A DNA stretch of 10,635 nucleotides from a virus. This document shows, in pieces, positions 8,045-10,635 of this stretch; positions within the stretch are counted from its first letter, which is position 1; every line of letters begins with the position of its first letter. The position numbers and the translations under genes are program-made. Where the stretch lies: the UHGV virus genome UHGV-1749175; one strand, 5' to 3'. The notes under the pieces are model-generated. The model did no database searches, had not been told where the DNA came from, and saw nothing but the letters and a program-made list of their open reading frames with translations.

Positions 8045-8588
8045 AACTGACGCCTGTTATTGCTGCGCTGCGTGCCCGCTGCCCGTATTTTGAAAACCGG
8101 GTGGCAGGCGCGGCACAGTTCAAAAATCTGCCGGAGGTCGGAAAGCTGAGACTCCCGGCGGCGTATGTGATTCTCCGGGAGAAAACAAAAGCCAGACCGA
8201 CTACTGGCAGGAGCTGAAAGAGGGTTTCTCCGTGGTTGTCATACTGAGTAACGGGCGTGATGAGCGCGGTCAGTTTGCCTCGTATGATGTGGTGGACGAT
8301 GTCCGGCAGATGCTCTTTAAGGCTCTGCTGGGCTGGAACCCGGAAGCGTGCGGTAACCCGATTACCTATGACGGCGGCACGCTGCTGGATCTGAATCGTC
8401 ATGAGCTGATTTATCAGTTCGATTTTTCGGTCATCAGCGAGCTGACCGAAGACGATACCCGCCAGCAGGATGACCTGAACAGTCTGGATGAACTGCGAAC
8501 GCTGGCGATTGATGTTGATTATCTCGATCCCGGTAACGGGCCTGACGGCGATATCGAACATCACACCGAAATAACCCTTCCTTCCTGA
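8041..8588 (+). pseudogene. Neck/tail morphogenesis gene apparently interrupted by a -1 frame break near 8185-8195 (alternative reading: two separate small genes, 8041..8217 and 8232..8588)
   Basis: ATG 8041 (coupled to the gp10-like stop) opens a protein-like frame (MKLTPVIAALRARCPYFENRVAGAAQFKNLPEVGKLRLPAAYVILREKTKA...) that ends at TGA 8215-8217 after a junk-like tail (RPTTGRS). A second frame, open from 8094, is junk-like upstream but protein-like from about 8193 (QTDYWQELKEGFSVVVILSNGRDERGQFASYDVVDDVRQMLFKALLGW...) through 8588. The switch point coincides with the A-rich tract GAGAAAACAAAAGCC (8179-8193). Together the two parts would give one protein of roughly 180 aa. Confidence 0.45.
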
Positions 8589-8596
8589 GAATCTTC

Positions 8597-8764
8597 ATGT
8601 TTGTGAAACCTGTTAAAGGGCGGTCAGTGCCTGACCCTGCCCGCGGCGACCTTTTGCCCGCCGAAGGGCGAAATGTTGATGAGAACAACTACTGGCTGCG
8701 CCGTGAAGCAGCGGGTGATATCCGGCGCGTGAATGAAAAGGTGAATACCGATGACGAGCTTTAA
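8597..8764 (+). CDS. Small conserved-looking protein upstream of the tail sheath (55 aa; resembles the small DUF-type proteins that precede Mu-like sheath genes)
   Basis: Not in the supplied ORF track. ATG 8597 to TAA 8762-8764 translates to MFVKPVKGRSVPDPARGDLLPAEGRNVDENNYWLRREAAGDIRRVNEKVNTDDEL. Its 3' end overlaps the sheath start (8751) and contains the sheath SD (AAGGTG). No strong SD of its own. Confidence 0.5.
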   Translation: MFVKPVKGRSVPDPARGDLLPAEGRNVDENNYWLRREAAGDIRRVNEKVNTDDEL

Positions 8765-10244
8765 CACCATTCCGTCAAATACGCTGGTTCCGATTTTTTA
8801 TGCGGAAATGGATAACTCGGCGGCGAATACTGCACAGGACAGCGGAGCATCGCTGCTGATTGGTCATGCCAATAACGGTGCAGAGATTGTTGCCAACAGT
8901 CTGGTGCTGATGCCATCGGCAGACTATGCACGCCAGATTTGTGGTGCGGGAAGTCAGCTGGCGCGTATGGTCGAGGCTTATCGCCAGACCGACCCGTTTG
9001 GTGAGCTGTATGTGATTGCCGTTCCGGAAGCCACAGGCGCGGCGGCAACGGTTACGCTGACGGTGACCGGGGAAGCAACCGAAAGCGGCACGGTGAATGT
9101 CTATGTGGGACGTACCCGCGTGCAGGCTCCGGTGACCAACGGCGATAACGTCACGACGATTGCCAGCAGTATCAAAGATGCCATCAATGCCGTTCCGGCC
9201 CTGCCGTTTACGGCTTCATCTTCGGCAGGCGTGGTCACACTGACCGCGCGTCATAAGGGGCTTTGCGGGAATGAAATTCCTGTCAGCCTCAATTACTACG
9301 GCTTCGGTGGGGGCGAAGTGCTGCCAGCGGGCGTACAGATTGCCGTGGCGACGGGTACCGCCGGAACGGGTGCTCCGGTTCTCACCGGCGCGGTGGCTGC
9401 AATGGCGGATGAGCCGTTTGATTATATCGGCCTGCCGTTCAACGACACGGCCTCCGTTAACACGCTGGTGACCGAGATGAACGATACCAGCGGTCGCTGG
9501 AGCTATGCGCGTCAGCTGTATGGTCATGTGTATACGGCAAAGATCGGCACGCTGTCAGAACTGGTGACCGCAGGTGACCAGTTTAACCAGCAGCACATTA
9601 CCCTGGCGGGATACGAAAAAGAGACCCAGACGCCTGCCGACGAGCTGGCGGCAAGCCGTACCGCCCGCGCAGCGGTGTTTATTCGCAACGATCCGGCACG
9701 TCCCACGCAGACCGGTGAGCTGGTGGGTATGCTGCCTGCGCCGAAGGGGAAACGGTTCACGATGACCGAACAACAGACCCTGCTGTCTCATGGCGTGGCA
9801 ACGGCGTATGTCGAAAGCGGGGTGCTGCGCATTCAGCGTGATGTCACCACGTACAGGAAAAACGCTTACGGTGTTGCGGATAACAGCTACCTCGACAGCG
9901 AGACGCTGCATACCAGCGCGTATGTGCTGCGCAAACTGAAATCCGTCATTACCAGTAAGTACGGGCGTCACAAGCTTGCCAGCGACGGTACCCGCTTTGG
10001 TCCCGGTCAGGCGATTGTCACACCGGCGGTGATCAAAGGGGAACTGCTGGCAACCTACCGTCAGCTTGAGCGTGCGGGGATCGTGGAAAACTACGAACTG
10101 TTTAAGCAGTACCTGGTTGTGGAGCGTGATGCCAGCGATCCGAACCGCCTGAACACGCTGTTCCCGCCTGACTATGTTAACCAGTTGCGTGTCTTTGCCG
10201 TGGTTAACCAGTTCCGTCTTCAGTATTCAGAGGAGTCTGCATAA
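8751..10244 (+). CDS. Contractile tail sheath protein (Mu gpL-like)
   Basis: 497 aa. N-terminus MTSFNTIPSNTLVPIFYAEMDNSAANTA is typical of Mu-like sheath proteins; size matches (about 495 aa). AAGGTG SD 7-8 nt before ATG 8751. Stop TAA 10242-10244 overlaps the tube gene ATG. Confidence 0.85.
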   Translation: MTSFNTIPSNTLVPIFYAEMDNSAANTAQDSGASLLIGHANNGAEIVANSLVLMPSADYARQICGAGSQLARMVEAYRQTDPFGELYVIAVPEATGAAATVTLTVTGEATESGTVNVYVGRTRVQAPVTNGDNVTTIASSIKDAINAVPALPFTASSSAGVVTLTARHKGLCGNEIPVSLNYYGFGGGEVLPAGVQIAVATGTAGTGAPVLTGAVAAMADEPFDYIGLPFNDTASVNTLVTEMNDTSGRWSYARQLYGHVYTAKIGTLSELVTAGDQFNQQHITLAGYEKETQTPADELAASRTARAAVFIRNDPARPTQTGELVGMLPAPKGKRFTMTEQQTLLSHGVATAYVESGVLRIQRDVTTYRKNAYGVADNSYLDSETLHTSAYVLRKLKSVITSKYGRHKLASDGTRFGPGQAIVTPAVIKGELLATYRQLERAGIVENYELFKQYLVVERDASDPNRLNTLFPPDYVNQLRVFAVVNQFRLQYSEESA

Positions 10245-10615
10245 TGGCCCGTATCGGGGGAACCTGTTATTTCAAAATTGACGGTCAACAGCTATCGCTG
10301 ACCGGCGGCATTGAGGTGCCCATGAACAGGACGGTCAATGATGACATCATCGGCCTGGACGGTTCAGTGGACCGCAAGGAAACTCACCGTGCGCCTTATG
10401 TCAAAGGGACTTTCAAGGTGCCGAAGAATTTTCCGGTGAACAAAATCACCTCGTCTGATGAGATGACCATCACTGCCGAGCTGGCGAACGGTCAGGTCTA
10501 TGTATTGTCGTCTGCCTGGCTGCACGGCGAAGCGAACCATAATGCCGAAGAAGGCACGTGTAGATTCAATCTGTCAATGCAACACCCCTTTCAATTATCT
10601 CTTTCGGTGTTTTGA
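10244..10615 (+). CDS. Tail tube protein (Mu gpM-like)
   Basis: ATG 10244 overlaps the sheath stop. N-terminus MARIGGTCYFKIDGQQLSLTGG and its position directly after the sheath gene fit a myovirus tube protein. The last ~18 codons lie in a noticeably AT-richer stretch, so the C-terminus/stop position is uncertain. Confidence 0.7.
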   Translation: MARIGGTCYFKIDGQQLSLTGGIEVPMNRTVNDDIIGLDGSVDRKETHRAPYVKGTFKVPKNFPVNKITSSDEMTITAELANGQVYVLSSAWLHGEANHNAEEGTCRFNLSMQHPFQLSLSVF

Positions 10616-10635
10616 ACTTCAGTGTCTTTCTCGGT

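Noticed and set aside
8179-8195. Programmed -1 ribosomal frameshift at the A-rich tract
   Set aside because: No canonical X_XXY_YYZ slippery heptamer is present in the 0 frame and no obvious downstream pseudoknot or stem was seen. Programmed frameshifts in tailed phages typically occur in tail chaperone genes downstream of the tube, which are outside this window.
1844-9765. Plus-strand alternative-frame ORFs inside larger genes (1844..2050, 2303..2485, 5919..6179, 7262..7447, 7830..8021, 9271..9471, 9574..9765)
   Set aside because: They are embedded out-of-frame within the terminase, capsid, adaptor, gp10-like or sheath genes, with biased junk-like composition and no independent start signals.
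113-9971. Minus-strand ORFs from the six-frame track (for example 113..400, 660..914, 911..1255, 1333..1773, 3572..4081, 6743..7300, 7060..7527, 7947..8564, 9555..9971)
   Set aside because: All lie antisense within confidently assigned + strand genes of a tightly coupled operon. Their translations are Arg/Ser/Cys-rich and low-complexity, as expected for shadow ORFs in GC-rich DNA, and none has a convincing start context.
1-10635. Defence or anti-defence system, CRISPR array, tRNA/rRNA, integrase or attachment site
   Set aside because: No direct-repeat arrays, no tRNA-like cloverleaf regions, and no ORFs with recognisable nuclease/ATPase defence architectures were seen. Every sizeable ORF is accounted for by a lysis, packaging or morphogenesis function. 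Claiming a novel system here would not be supported by the sequence.

Overview
The window reads as one contiguous, co-directional (+ strand) late/morphogenesis operon of a tailed prophage in a GC-rich enterobacterial-type background. In order: overlapping Rz/Rz1 spanin lysis genes (the window starts inside the lysis cassette), an HNH endonuclease, a GC-rich hairpin region, P27-family small and large terminase subunits, a tiny two-helix membrane ORF, an HK97-type portal, prohead protease and major capsid protein with an N-terminal delta domain, a hairpin, a small hydrophilic ORF, head-tail connector, head-tail adaptor, an HK97 gp10-family neck protein, a frame-broken neck/tail gene, a 55-aa ORF missing from the supplied track, then a Mu-like contractile tail sheath and tail tube. 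The overall architecture (HK97-like cos-type head module fused to a Mu-like myovirus tail module) is the known SfV/ST64B-like hybrid type, not a new system. I see no tRNA, rRNA, CRISPR array, integrase or recognisable defence/anti-defence gene. The points most worth a second look are the apparent frameshift at about 8185-8195, the two small uncharacterised ORFs wedged into the head module, the hairpin/possible cos region between HNH and terminase, and a compositional shift at the extreme 3' end. All family assignments come from reading motifs in the translations by eye; no database search was run.
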